A stretch of DNA of 43,246 nucleotides from positions 1 to 43,246 of IMG/VR virus record IMGVR_UViG_3300033076_000846; one strand, written 5' to 3'. Origin of the DNA: a virus. Its lineage: Duplodnaviria > Caudoviricetes. Positions 16,936-26,961 of the stretch are shown here, in pieces (the first letter of the stretch is position 1; every line of letters starts with the position of its first letter). The position numbers and the translations under genes were made by a program. The notes beneath the pieces were generated by a model that worked only from the letters and a program-made list of their open reading frames with translations, ran no database searches and was not told the DNA's origin.

Positions 16936-17612
16936 TTCGCCCCCTCCGTCACCGGCTCCTCCAACGGAAAATCAATATCCCCGTAGTGCTTCACGTAGAA
17001 GCTGCGGTCCAGCATGGGCGTAATGCCTGCCAGCGTAGCCGTGTAGCAAAGCCCGAAGTCTTCGGTAAGGTAGGTTTGGTGCTGGAAGTGCTCGGGGTCA
17101 TTGACGACGCCCTGCCAGCAAATGTCGTAGGAGGTGCGCCCATATTCGGCATCATAGTAAGTGCGAAGGACCGGCGAGGTCTTGCAGAACTCCACCAGCT
17201 TTAGGACGGCCTCACGGGTCATCATCAGGAACCCGGTGCCTACCGCCGCCATCGGGATCACCTGCTGATCTTCCTTGGGCACAAAACCCTTCTTGGGGTG
17301 CCCGGAGAGCCCGGCATTACGCTTCTTGCAGAAGTAGGGGGCTGCAACCAGCGGCAGGTTGTGGTTCACAAGGTTTGCCACCATCCAGGGTTCAAACTCA
17401 ATGTCGGAGTCAATGAAGTGGATGTGGGTGAACTCCGGGGTGGCTAGGAACTGAGCGAGAATCTTGTTCCGGGCCATGGAAATCCCGCCGCCGCCGAGGC
17501 TGACGTGGGCATAGTTCACGCCTGACCGAGCCAGCTTTTGCATGGAGGCCGCGAACGTGTTGTGGACGGTGTGGGAATGGCAGGGCGTGCCTATGCAGAT
17601 GAAGGGCTTCAT
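16932..17612 (-). CDS. GT-A fold glycosyltransferase-like protein
   Basis: IGTPC, ARN, HFIDSDI (DxD), GTGFLMM.R, EDF..C, HYG. Confidence 0.8.
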   Translation of the reverse strand: MKPFICIGTPCHSHTVHNTFAASMQKLARSGVNYAHVSLGGGGISMARNKILAQFLATPEFTHIHFIDSDIEFEPWMVANLVNHNLPLVAAPYFCKKRNAGLSGHPKKGFVPKEDQQVIPMAAVGTGFLMMTREAVLKLVEFCKTSPVLRTYYDAEYGRTSYDICWQGVVNDPEHFQHQTYLTEDFGLCYTATLAGITPMLDRSFYVKHYGDIDFPLEEPVTEGAK

Positions 17613-17689
17613 GGCCCTAGCCTAAAGGAACCACACACGTTGCAACACTTGACCCGTTTTGGCTCTGAATATAAGCAAATCTAATCACT

Positions 17690-19795
17690 ATGATTAAGGA
17701 TTTTGATTCAAAGCTGAAAGACCCCGGCCAAGACCTAGCTCCCCCGGATGGCGTGGCCCCGGACTTTGGCAGGATCAAAAAGGGCTTCCAACTCGCGGTT
17801 TCAGACTGCGGCGACGTTATCAACCAGGGCCGGTTGAACTACGAAACCCGGTATGCCCTGTGGTCCGGGCAGTCCAGCGACGGCAAGAAGCACAACCGCG
17901 AGGGCTCCAACGGCAATCCTACCCCTTGGGACGGCGCTTCCGACCTCCGCGTATGGTTGGCCGACGAGGCAATCAATGCCAAGGTCGCGCAGGACTATAC
18001 GGCGTTCAAGCGTTCCAACGTGGTTGCCGTTCCCATCGAGGGCACGGACATGGCGCGGGCAAAGGCGGTTACTTCGTTCATGAAGTGGCTGATCTATACC
18101 CAAATCCCGCAAGTGGACCGAGAAGTAGAGCTTCTGGCCCAATACCGCCACGAAAAGGGCTCGGCTCTCCTCGGCGTATTTTGGGAGACGTGTCAGGACA
18201 AGACCCTTGAGAACATCCGGATCGAGACGCTGGCCCAGCAATACCCTGAAATTGAGGCCATGCTGAAAGAACCGGCGCTAGAGACCGTGTTCATTGACAT
18301 GATGAAGTCGGCCTACGGCATTTCCGACAAGAAGGCCAAGAAGATGCTTAAAGAACTCCGGGAGGACGGCGAAACGACCGTGCCTGTGGTTGGCCCCGAG
18401 TATTCCCGGCCTGTTATCCGCGCCTTCACGCTGGACAAGGACGTATTCATTCACCCGTCGGCCACCGACATTGAGAACGCCCCGGGGATCTACCGGGTGC
18501 AATATCACACCCCGGAGCAATTGCGCTCCTACGTGGTCACGGAGGGCTGGAACGAGGCTTGGGTGGAAGAAGCCATCCAACGCTGCAAGGGCCGCATCGT
18601 CTCCATGCTCCCCGATAGCTGGCCGGAGCCAATTTCCCGCAACGTCATCAACCAAGCTGCTAGGTTCACCGACCTTATCGGAGTTGTATATGCCTACGAG
18701 CGGCTAGTGGATGAGGATGGCGTTCCGGGGATTTATTTGTCGGTGTTTAACCCGGATTTGCCCCCGGCCAACGGCGGTGCCCACAACGGCTATGCCAAGT
18801 TCGGCCTGCTCGGCTACAAGCACGGCAAATACCCGTTCGTGCTGTTCCGCCGCGAGTATTTGAGCCGCCGCCTGCATGATACCCGTGGCATCCCGGAAAT
18901 CGCCAAGCCCTATCAGGACACGATCAAGGCGTGCTCGGACGGTCGCATTGACGCGATGAGCATTAGCATCCTGCCGCCGCTCATGTATCCGACCGGGCGG
19001 CCCCTTTCGACCTGGGGTGCCGGTGCCCGCATCCCTTACCGCCGCGATCCCAAGGAATACCAGTTTGCCGACCGTCCCGCGTTCGACATGAACACGACGG
19101 AGGTGGACGAAAAGACGACCGCCCGCTTCCACCAATACTTCGGGATGATGAGCCCCGGAGGCGACCCAATTGCCGTCCAGACCCAGCAACAGCACGAGAT
19201 TAACCGCTGGCTGTCCTCGTGGTCCGATGTGTTCCGTCAATGCTGGGCGCTCTACCAGCAATACGGCTCCGACAGTCTGTATTTCCGCGTCATAGGCGTT
19301 TCATCGCAGGAAATGGTGAACTTCCAGAAGGGCGACCCCAAGGAGAGCTACGACTTCTACCTCAATTTTGACGTTCAGACCAACGACCCGGAGCAGATGG
19401 AAGGCAAGATGAAGGGGATTGCCCAAATCGTGAACACTTTTGACCGCAACGGCCAAACGGACTTCGCGGAACTGCTTTCTTGGGCGCTTTCGGCCTACGA
19501 TCCCGCCCTGGCCGAGCGCGTCATCCAGCCAAAGGAAGCCGCCACCCAAAAGGCCGTCGAGGAGTATCAGACGCTCTTTGCCAAAGCCTTTGCCGGGGTG
19601 GATGTGGACTACAAGGAGGGTATGCCAGCCGAATTGGGCCTCCAGGTGCTCCAAGGCTACCTGCAAGCCCCGGATGTGCAGGAACGGGCGAATGGCGACG
19701 AGAATTTCCGTGGCCGCCTAGAGAAGCTGCAAAAGCAGATGCAGTTCCAGATTACCCAACGCCAGAACGCGCAGATTGGACGCCTCGGAGCCTAA
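17690..19795 (+). CDS. Portal protein
   Basis: 701 aa between TerL and scaffold/capsid; PWDGASD motif; Gln-rich helical C-terminus. Confidence 0.8.
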   Translation: MIKDFDSKLKDPGQDLAPPDGVAPDFGRIKKGFQLAVSDCGDVINQGRLNYETRYALWSGQSSDGKKHNREGSNGNPTPWDGASDLRVWLADEAINAKVAQDYTAFKRSNVVAVPIEGTDMARAKAVTSFMKWLIYTQIPQVDREVELLAQYRHEKGSALLGVFWETCQDKTLENIRIETLAQQYPEIEAMLKEPALETVFIDMMKSAYGISDKKAKKMLKELREDGETTVPVVGPEYSRPVIRAFTLDKDVFIHPSATDIENAPGIYRVQYHTPEQLRSYVVTEGWNEAWVEEAIQRCKGRIVSMLPDSWPEPISRNVINQAARFTDLIGVVYAYERLVDEDGVPGIYLSVFNPDLPPANGGAHNGYAKFGLLGYKHGKYPFVLFRREYLSRRLHDTRGIPEIAKPYQDTIKACSDGRIDAMSISILPPLMYPTGRPLSTWGAGARIPYRRDPKEYQFADRPAFDMNTTEVDEKTTARFHQYFGMMSPGGDPIAVQTQQQHEINRWLSSWSDVFRQCWALYQQYGSDSLYFRVIGVSSQEMVNFQKGDPKESYDFYLNFDVQTNDPEQMEGKMKGIAQIVNTFDRNGQTDFAELLSWALSAYDPALAERVIQPKEAATQKAVEEYQTLFAKAFAGVDVDYKEGMPAELGLQVLQGYLQAPDVQERANGDENFRGRLEKLQKQMQFQITQRQNAQIGRLGA

Positions 19796-19796
19796 T

Positions 19797-20045
19797 ATGG
19801 ATCAACGCGCCGAATTTGCCCAGCAGAAGGCTTACGCCCTGCAAGAAGCCATGCGTCAGCTTGTGCCCGACACCCGGTTCCGGGCGTTCATGGCCGAGGT
19901 GAACCGCATGAAGGAGGCTGCTGTGCGCGATGCCTGCCGCGCTTCCGACCACGCCGACCGAGATACTGCCCTTGGTTCCGTCCGCACCTACGTTGAGTTG
20001 CTGGACTTCTACGCCGAAGCGGGCGGGGACGTGACCCTTGACTGA
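19797..20045 (+). CDS. Small post-portal protein
   Basis: Helical ~82 aa gene between portal and scaffold. Confidence 0.7.
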   Translation: MDQRAEFAQQKAYALQEAMRQLVPDTRFRAFMAEVNRMKEAAVRDACRASDHADRDTALGSVRTYVELLDFYAEAGGDVTLD

Positions 20046-20132
20046 TTCATTAGCGGCACTTATACGCTTCATCACGGTTACTAATGACCGGATGCTAGGA
20101 ACGACAGGACGGTTTCTTGGAAACCTTAAACC

Positions 20133-21236
20133 ATGCTGATAGAAAATAACGAGGTAACTTCGCAACCAGCGGCGGTAACGCCACAAACCCGCGATGAAGG
20201 CAGAGGCAAAAACGTCACCGCGTCGAAAATGGCGGAAATGCTCTTACGGACGGCAACCCCGCCCCAAGACACGCCAGCAGTCGCACCCGCGAGTAACGAA
20301 CCTAACAAGCCTCAAGAAGAAGCGACTCAAAACGCAGATTCGGGATCACCCGCCGAGGCCAGCCCGCAACCGGACCAAAACACAGCGCCGGAAGCACCTG
20401 TAACCGAAGCCGAGCCCGAGGTTCTTTCTCAGGACGCAGAACAGCTACCCCCCGACCTTCAAGACAAGATTGACAAGCGTATCGGCAAGGAAGTCGCCAA
20501 GCGTAAGACCTTGGAAGACCAACTCGCCATGCAGCGGGAGGAATTGGAAAAGCTCAAAGCCGCAGTCGCCCAGCCGCAGGAAGCGCCAGCCGCCCCTACG
20601 GTTATCGACCCCAGCCAGCCGCTTTCGCACATCGGGACCGTTGAGGCCCTGAACGCGGAGCACAAGCAGGCCAAGTCGATTATCCGGGCCTCGGAGGAAC
20701 TTCTGGATCAATTTGATTCAGGCGTGGACTCCGTGGAATACGGCGGTCAGACGTTCACCAAGGCCCAGGTAAAACAGGCCCTACGGAACGCCAAGCTAGT
20801 AGTTGAGGAACAGGTTCCCCAACGCTACCAATTCCTGCAAGCCCGCGACGGTTGGAAGGCCAAGGCCATTGAGGAGTTCCCATTCCTCAAAGACAAGACG
20901 ACCAAGGAGTATCAGATGGTGGAGACGGCACGCCGTAACTACCCGATTATCGCGTCCCTCCCGGATGCCGATTACGTCCTTGGTCTGGCAGTCGAAGGCA
21001 TCAAGGCAATCGAAGCCCGCAAGGCGGCCAAACCAGCGGCCAAGGCCCCGGCCAAAGCCCCGGCCAGCCAAGTTGCAACCTCTGTAACTTCTACGCGAGC
21101 CCGCGTGGCCGACGATACCGCCCAGCGCGAACAGGTGGGTCGGGAAGTAGCTGCTATCAAGTCCTCAAAAAGAAACCTCAGCACGAACGACGTGACCGCG
21201 ATTCTGCTCAAGCAATCAACCCTTAGACCTCGTTAA
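20133..21236 (+). CDS. Capsid scaffolding protein
   Basis: Disordered acidic/Pro N-terminus, KRIGKEVAKRK coiled coil, directly before the capsid gene. Confidence 0.75.
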   Translation: MLIENNEVTSQPAAVTPQTRDEGRGKNVTASKMAEMLLRTATPPQDTPAVAPASNEPNKPQEEATQNADSGSPAEASPQPDQNTAPEAPVTEAEPEVLSQDAEQLPPDLQDKIDKRIGKEVAKRKTLEDQLAMQREELEKLKAAVAQPQEAPAAPTVIDPSQPLSHIGTVEALNAEHKQAKSIIRASEELLDQFDSGVDSVEYGGQTFTKAQVKQALRNAKLVVEEQVPQRYQFLQARDGWKAKAIEEFPFLKDKTTKEYQMVETARRNYPIIASLPDADYVLGLAVEGIKAIEARKAAKPAAKAPAKAPASQVATSVTSTRARVADDTAQREQVGREVAAIKSSKRNLSTNDVTAILLKQSTLRPR

Positions 21237-21242
21237 AATACC

Positions 21243-22244
21243 ATGGCCCAAGCAGCCTCATACAATGTCGCCGGTGTCCGCGAAGACCTCACGGATTTCC
21301 TGACGATCCTCGAACCCGAGGATACGCCCATTCTTTCTTCGGTCGCCAAGACCAAGAAACCCGCCAATGCCTACCAGGAGTGGCAAGTCGATAACCTCTC
21401 TGCCCCGTCCTTTGCCGGTGTGGTTGAAGGTCAGGACATTGCCAGCTTTGACAACAAAGCCGCCAATCGCGCCCGTATCGGCAACTACAATCAGATCTTC
21501 CAGCGTTCGTGGGCTGTTTCGCAGCTCCAGGACTTGCAGGATGTGGCTGGCGTTGCCTCCGAAGTCGCCAACAGCAAAGCGAAGGCGATGCGCGAGATGA
21601 AGCGCGACATTGAAGCCGCGATTGCCTCCGACTCCGACATGCAGGCCACCGATGGTGCGGTTCCTTACAAGCTGCGCGGTCTTGGCACCTGGATCACGAA
21701 CACGGCCCAGACCACCAACCCGGTCCCGGCCTCGTATCGCACCCCAGCAAACAGCGTCAACACGACCGCCACCGCCTCGCTCACAGAAGACAACTTCAAC
21801 GCTGTTTTCCAGAGCATCTACGAACAGAACGGCGGCAAGCGTTCCTACACCCTATTTGCCGGTCCCTCGCTCAAGCGTGCGATCAGCAAGTTCCAACGCT
21901 ACGAAGGCGCTTCCGGCACGACCAAGACCTACATGGTCACGCAGGATGCCACCGACAACGCGATTGAACTCAACGTGGAAATCTACCGTGGCGACTTCCA
22001 CGATGTTTCCATCATCCCGACCCTGTTCAACGGCGTCGTCTCTGGCGATACCTCCATCACCAACCAACGCAAAGCGCGTGGTTACGTCATCGACCCTGAG
22101 TTGGTCGGCGTCGGCTACATGAAGGGTATCGAGGGCAACGAACTCCCGAACCAAGGCGGCGGTCGCCGTGGTTACGTCGAGGCCATCCTGACCCTCGTGG
22201 TCAAGAATCCTCTCGGTCTTGGCAAATTCAGCGCCACCTCGTAA
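21243..22244 (+). CDS. Major capsid protein (DUF5309/SU10-like)
   Basis: REDLTDF..PEDTP, EWQVD.L, EG.D, NYNQIF, EMKRDIE, LRGL motifs. Confidence 0.9.
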   Translation: MAQAASYNVAGVREDLTDFLTILEPEDTPILSSVAKTKKPANAYQEWQVDNLSAPSFAGVVEGQDIASFDNKAANRARIGNYNQIFQRSWAVSQLQDLQDVAGVASEVANSKAKAMREMKRDIEAAIASDSDMQATDGAVPYKLRGLGTWITNTAQTTNPVPASYRTPANSVNTTATASLTEDNFNAVFQSIYEQNGGKRSYTLFAGPSLKRAISKFQRYEGASGTTKTYMVTQDATDNAIELNVEIYRGDFHDVSIIPTLFNGVVSGDTSITNQRKARGYVIDPELVGVGYMKGIEGNELPNQGGGRRGYVEAILTLVVKNPLGLGKFSATS

Positions 22245-22269
22245 TTGCAACCCATAGGAGACTCTAACA

Positions 22270-22749
22270 ATGGCTAATTACAACGTTACCCTCAGCAAGA
22301 CCCTCGCCGTTCCGCTCCTTGAGCCGGAGCGTGCTGCGGGCTTCACCCACAAGTTCACGATCCCGTTCAGCACCGTTGCCGTTTCTACGGCCACGACCGC
22401 CACGGACACCGTGACCGTTACCCTCTGCTCCACCCCCGCGTTCTTCGCGGTTAAGAGCGGTTTGGGCATCGTTCGTACCGCCTTCGCAGGCACGACCGCT
22501 CTCACCGTCACGGTGGGCACGGCTGGTTCTGCGGCTGCTATCCTCCCGTCCACGACTGTGCTCTCGGGCAGCGTGATTCAACCCACGACCGGCTTCGGCA
22601 ACGTCGCTACCCCCGGTAGCACCTTCGCTACCGCCGCCACGACCATTGTGGCCGTGTTCACCAACGCCACTGGCGGCAGCCCGTCTGCTGTCACGGCGGG
22701 TTCCTTGGACGTTTACCTGTCCCTGTTGGACCTGAGCAAGATCGGCTAA
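22270..22749 (+). CDS. Capsid decoration or cement-like protein
   Basis: Thr/Ala-rich beta protein directly after the capsid gene and before a terminator. Confidence 0.6.
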   Translation: MANYNVTLSKTLAVPLLEPERAAGFTHKFTIPFSTVAVSTATTATDTVTVTLCSTPAFFAVKSGLGIVRTAFAGTTALTVTVGTAGSAAAILPSTTVLSGSVIQPTTGFGNVATPGSTFATAATTIVAVFTNATGGSPSAVTAGSLDVYLSLLDLSKIG

Positions 22750-22757
22750 CCCCGATA

Positions 22758-22801
22758 GGTGGGCAGTCCCGGGAAACCGTGGCTGCCCACCACCCTTTTT
22801 T
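22758..22801 (+). terminator. Intrinsic terminator after the capsid genes
   Basis: GGTGGGCAG/CTGCCCACC stem, GAAA loop, T6. Confidence 0.8.
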
Positions 22802-22803
22802 CC

Positions 22804-23118
22804 ATGTCCGAACTGCTGGTCACAGATATTGCAGGCAACCTTGGGGGCGATTTCCTCAAGAATGTTGAATGGGAGCTACGGCAGGAAGTGCCGAAGGAAA
22901 AGCTACGCCATTACGAAGACGCCGCGAAGACCGCAGCCGTAGAGCGCAAGCTGGGTATCCCCAGCGATGCCAAGTTGAAGATCGAGGGGATTGGCCAGCG
23001 AAAGCTCCATATCCCGATGCGGACGTTTTTCCGCTGGAACCGCGAATACCCCGGCTGCTGGCAGAACAAGCAGTTCGTGGACGAATTTTACCGGGACAAC
23101 CCCGAGTGCAGGAACTAA
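22804..23118 (+). CDS. Hypothetical structural-region protein
   Basis: ATG after the terminator; GCWQNKQFVDEFYRDNPE. Confidence 0.7.
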   Translation: MSELLVTDIAGNLGGDFLKNVEWELRQEVPKEKLRHYEDAAKTAAVERKLGIPSDAKLKIEGIGQRKLHIPMRTFFRWNREYPGCWQNKQFVDEFYRDNPECRN

Positions 23119-23121
23119 ACC

Positions 23122-23862
23122 ATGCGCGTAGGCCATTATAGCGATTACCTAGTCCGGGTGGCCGGGATTTGCGGGATAACCGCAGGTTCGTTGCTGGACG
23201 AGGAAAAGACCCAGTTTAACGGCTGGTTCATCAAGCACTCTGACCGCATTTGGGATCAGTTTCCTTGGCCCTACACGACCGCGGTTGAGCAACGCACGCC
23301 CAATTCCGATTACGTCATTGCCTACGATCAGACCGGGGAGACGATTATTGACTCCGTTTTTGAGGTCTGGAACGGCAGCCCGTATATCAGCCGCTTGCCC
23401 TCCCGTGTGCCGTGGACGCTGACCGCCGATGGCATTCAGCTCTTGGGGCAGACCACCGTGACCGGCGTTTGGGTCTATTACCGCAAGCAATGCCCGACCT
23501 TCTCCGGTTCTGATTACAGCGCGTCTGCCACCTATGCCGTGGGCGACTCCATGTATTACACGGATGCCTCAAACAAGGGCAATTTCTACGTGTGCTTGTC
23601 GGCCACGACCGCAGGCCAGAACCCGGATAGCAACGCCGCCAAGTGGGAGCGGCAGGAACTCCCCTACGACTTTTTCGAGTATGTGGTTCACTCCGCGTAT
23701 GCCGACTGGCTCCGGTCTGACGGCCAGAACGACAAGGCGGCACAGGCCGATGAATACGCGCTGGATCTTCAAGCCGCTGCCACTCTCAAGCTGGAACGCC
23801 AGCAACGCTTCGTTCCCCAGCTAGTCGTTCAAACCCACCTCACCAGCCGCCCTCTGATTTAA
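23122..23862 (+). CDS. Head-tail adaptor (tail tubular A-like) with inserted carbohydrate-binding-like module
   Basis: Position after the capsid genes; FPWP motif; insert YSASATYAVGD...FYVCL...NP....KW. Confidence 0.6.
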   Translation: MRVGHYSDYLVRVAGICGITAGSLLDEEKTQFNGWFIKHSDRIWDQFPWPYTTAVEQRTPNSDYVIAYDQTGETIIDSVFEVWNGSPYISRLPSRVPWTLTADGIQLLGQTTVTGVWVYYRKQCPTFSGSDYSASATYAVGDSMYYTDASNKGNFYVCLSATTAGQNPDSNAAKWERQELPYDFFEYVVHSAYADWLRSDGQNDKAAQADEYALDLQAAATLKLERQQRFVPQLVVQTHLTSRPLI

Positions 23863-23863
23863 C

Positions 23864-24193
23864 ATGAGCTACGATCTAAACAATCTCTACACCAAGCCTG
23901 CGTTTGACAACGCCAACTCTCCGCAGGCCGACCAACGCCTGACGGTGGATGCTACCGCTGGCGGACTCCAATTCACGGCTTACGATACCCGCACGGTCGC
24001 AGTCGTTGACCTGGATATTCAGGATGCCGACGTAATGGTGACGTTTGACGGGTCTTCCCCGACCTCCACCAACGGCCACCGTCTATACGTGGGCAATGCT
24101 TACACTTGGGCAACCGCTCGCTTCAACAACGCCAAGTTTATCCGACAGGGCAGCACCTCCGGGACTGTCCACGCATCCCCAAGCGCCGTCTAA
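23864..24193 (+). CDS. Small beta-rich virion protein
   Basis: TFDGSSPTSTNGH motif; within the tail module. Confidence 0.65.
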   Translation: MSYDLNNLYTKPAFDNANSPQADQRLTVDATAGGLQFTAYDTRTVAVVDLDIQDADVMVTFDGSSPTSTNGHRLYVGNAYTWATARFNNAKFIRQGSTSGTVHASPSAV

Positions 24194-25599
24194 TGTCACT
24201 CGGAGGCATACTCACGGACCTTGACGGGTTCACCGGCAGCCTTGCGGGCACGCTGGTTCCCAACAGCGGGGGCAACATCGTTGACCTACGCTCGGAGCAG
24301 AACCTTGCCGCATGGTATGACGCGAGCAACAGCGCGAACCTGACGGTGGACAGCGTTGGCCGGGTGAGCCAATGGAACGATACGTCCACGTTTGCCTCGC
24401 GCCACCTCACCCAAGCCACAGCCGGCAGCCAGCCCATCTACCTGCCGTGGAGCGGGCAGAATTATGGGTATCTGCCGGGCGTGGCGGGGAATTATTTCAG
24501 CGCGCCCGACTCGGCAGCGGTTAGTATTACCGGCGACATTGATGTTCAGGCGCGGATCAGGCCTAGAAGTTGGGCACCCGCTGCGCGACAAACAATCGTT
24601 GGAAAATGGAATGACACGGGAAACCAGCGGTCATTCCTTTTTGATTTAACACCAACAGGGGCGTTGCAAGTAGTGCAAAGCACTACGGGTATTGACTCAA
24701 TACGGATATGGATTTCCCCGGCTGCCACGGGTTTTACGGATAACAACGCGGGATGGGTTCGATTTACGCTGGATGTGGACAACGGTTCAAGCGGCTCCAC
24801 GGTTCAGTTCTACACAAGCACGGACGGGGTATCTTGGTCGGTTTTGGGTGCGGCTCAAGTTGTAGCGACCGCCGCAAACACGTTTGACGGCACTTCCCCG
24901 CTTGAAAACGGAAGTGCAAACGCAGGCACCGCGCAAAACCTATCGGGCGACATTTTTATTACCCGCGTTTACAACGGCATCGGCGGAACATTAGTCGCCG
25001 CCTTCGACCCCTCCCGAGCCACGGACGGAGCCAGCAGCTTCGTGGCCGCGACCGGCGAGACTTGGACGACCAACACCAGCGGCGGCAAACCGGCGCAGAT
25101 TGTCGGACGGTCGAGCGTGCTGTTTGATGGGGTGGATGATTTCTTGAAGACGGCACCATTTACGCTGAATCAACCCGAGACGGTTTATTTCGTAGGCAAA
25201 CAAGTAAGCTGGACGCTGGATGAAATCATCTATGACGGGGATAACATAGCGTCATTAGGTCGCATGGTGCTTTATCAGACCACCGCCAGTCCCGGATTGT
25301 CGATGTTTGCTGGAACCGTCCTGCCCGTGGCCAGCTTGGCGGTCGGATCGGTTGGGGTAGTTGCATCTGTGTTTAACGGCGCATCGTCGCTAACCACAAT
25401 CAATCGCGGAACTGCGACAACTGGCAATGCCGGCACAAATAACGGCGGCGGTTTCACACTCGGCGTTGAGGCTTCCACTACTGGTCGATGGTCTAACATT
25501 CAAGTTTCTGCCGTTGCCATCTTCTCCACCGCCCACGACGCCCGCACCCGTGCCCGCGTGATAAACTACCTCGTCAGCCGCTACTCCATCCCCGTATGA
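24193..25599 (+). CDS. LamG/concanavalin-like virion or receptor-binding protein
   Basis: WYDAS..VSQWND..QP, ITGDIDV..IVGKW, LFDGVDDFL. Confidence 0.7.
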   Translation: MSLGGILTDLDGFTGSLAGTLVPNSGGNIVDLRSEQNLAAWYDASNSANLTVDSVGRVSQWNDTSTFASRHLTQATAGSQPIYLPWSGQNYGYLPGVAGNYFSAPDSAAVSITGDIDVQARIRPRSWAPAARQTIVGKWNDTGNQRSFLFDLTPTGALQVVQSTTGIDSIRIWISPAATGFTDNNAGWVRFTLDVDNGSSGSTVQFYTSTDGVSWSVLGAAQVVATAANTFDGTSPLENGSANAGTAQNLSGDIFITRVYNGIGGTLVAAFDPSRATDGASSFVAATGETWTTNTSGGKPAQIVGRSSVLFDGVDDFLKTAPFTLNQPETVYFVGKQVSWTLDEIIYDGDNIASLGRMVLYQTTASPGLSMFAGTVLPVASLAVGSVGVVASVFNGASSLTTINRGTATTGNAGTNNGGGFTLGVEASTTGRWSNIQVSAVAIFSTAHDARTRARVINYLVSRYSIPV

Positions 25600-25898
25600 A
25601 GCTCCTGACCGCTAGCACCGAATCTGCCGCGACTGCCCTCAACACCAAGGCGCTTGCCTACGTTGTAGCCGAACAAAACGCCAACGCTACGGCATGGTCG
25701 GATGTGTTCACGGACGGCAGCAAGTTTGGCATCGTTTACGACGATTCTATCCGTTCGGCGTTCACCGACAGCGAACTGGGCCGGGTAGTCACGGGCACCG
25801 GCATGGAAGCCACCGAGACACTGAACAAGGTCATCAACGGCGAGCGCAAGGAAACCGACCCGCAGGGCAACGTCACCGGCATTTGGGAGCCTGTATGA
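25596..25898 (+). CDS. Hypothetical protein (possible fibre assembly factor)
   Basis: ATGA coupling on both sides. Confidence 0.6.
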   Translation: MKLLTASTESAATALNTKALAYVVAEQNANATAWSDVFTDGSKFGIVYDDSIRSAFTDSELGRVVTGTGMEATETLNKVINGERKETDPQGNVTGIWEPV

Positions 25899-26365
25899 AT
25901 CGCACGCCGCTCTACCTCCTTGGTGCGGCAATCGTGGTCGGCGGATTGGCCTACCTCACGTTCCGCTCCCATCGTGTCGCCACGGATGGCCTTCCTACGC
26001 GCATTGAGTGCAAGGGCGGGGAAGCAGAAGCCTTAGCGTTGGCCGGCCCGCGTGGCATCCCTATCCTTGGGACGGGCAGCATGGCCCCGTTCATCCCGCC
26101 AGCCCCGAAGGGCAAGAACCCGAAGACCACTGTTGTAGCCTACGCCGTCATGGAGTCTGCCGCTTCCTATTCGGACGTGCAGGCGGGCGACCTTTGCATC
26201 TACCAACCCGAGTTCTACCCCGGCCTTGTCATCCACCAAGCGGTCAAACGCGACGGCCTCGGCTGGATCATGTCGGGCCTCAATAACCCCCGTTCAGAAG
26301 CCGGCTGGCGGGTAACGTCAGCTAACTTCCGGGGCATCGTTGCCCGTGTTTACGTTTGGCCATGA
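25895..26365 (+). CDS. Membrane-anchored S24/S26 (signal peptidase I-like, Ser-His) peptidase
   Basis: N-terminal TM, GTGSMAP, AGDLCIY, VIHQ, SGLNN. Confidence 0.65.
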   Translation: MNRTPLYLLGAAIVVGGLAYLTFRSHRVATDGLPTRIECKGGEAEALALAGPRGIPILGTGSMAPFIPPAPKGKNPKTTVVAYAVMESAASYSDVQAGDLCIYQPEFYPGLVIHQAVKRDGLGWIMSGLNNPRSEAGWRVTSANFRGIVARVYVWP

Positions 26366-26961
26366 AGTTCTACCTGCCATTCCTTGCGATTCTAGCCCTT
26401 TCCGGGTGCTCTACCGGCCCTTTGGCTGCCAGGCGCGTATTGGAGGCTCAAACGCCCGGGAATGCCACGGGGGCAGGCGCTACGTTCGTAGGACCGGCAA
26501 ATAGTGCGGCTCCTTCCACGCAGGTAGCCGAACGCCGGGTTTCCTACTACCAGCCCAAGAACGACATTCCGCTCCCGGTTTACGGTCAAACACCGGCAAA
26601 AACATCGGCAGAGGCACCCGCGCCGGCCCCCCAGCCGCAACCCGCTTGGATCGACGAGAAAGTAACGACCACCATCGGCCAGCACCAAGACGCTGCCGCT
26701 GTGGTCAAATTGGCCACAAGTGCCGCAGGCTGGGGCAAGTCCCGGGTTCTCGGCATCATGCTGCTTCTATGCGCCATTGGTGGACTTCTTTACTCGCACA
26801 ACAACCCCGAGGGCTACCCGGTCATCTGCTGGAAAGTCGGCGGGATCGGCCTGTTCCTCGCTGCCTACGACCCGTCCCCATGGTGGGGTCTGCTCCTCAT
26901 TATCCCCGGCATCTTCTACGTTGGACAGAAGCTAGGGGTTATCCGCCCGCTCCCCCTATGA
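26362..26961 (+). CDS. Lipoprotein with C-terminal TM segments (unimolecular-spanin-like topology)
   Basis: MKFYLPFLAILALSG-C lipobox; 2-3 hydrophobic segments at the C-terminus. Confidence 0.55.
   Translation: MKFYLPFLAILALSGCSTGPLAARRVLEAQTPGNATGAGATFVGPANSAAPSTQVAERRVSYYQPKNDIPLPVYGQTPAKTSAEAPAPAPQPQPAWIDEKVTTTIGQHQDAAAVVKLATSAAGWGKSRVLGIMLLLCAIGGLLYSHNNPEGYPVICWKVGGIGLFLAAYDPSPWWGLLLIIPGIFYVGQKLGVIRPLPL

Noticed and set aside
21020-21070. GGCCAA-type short repeats in the scaffold gene
   Set aside because: Explained by the low-complexity AKAP linker.
21243-22749. Programmed frameshift or readthrough extending the capsid protein
   Set aside because: No slippery sequence seen near the TAA; the next gene has its own AGGAG and ATG.
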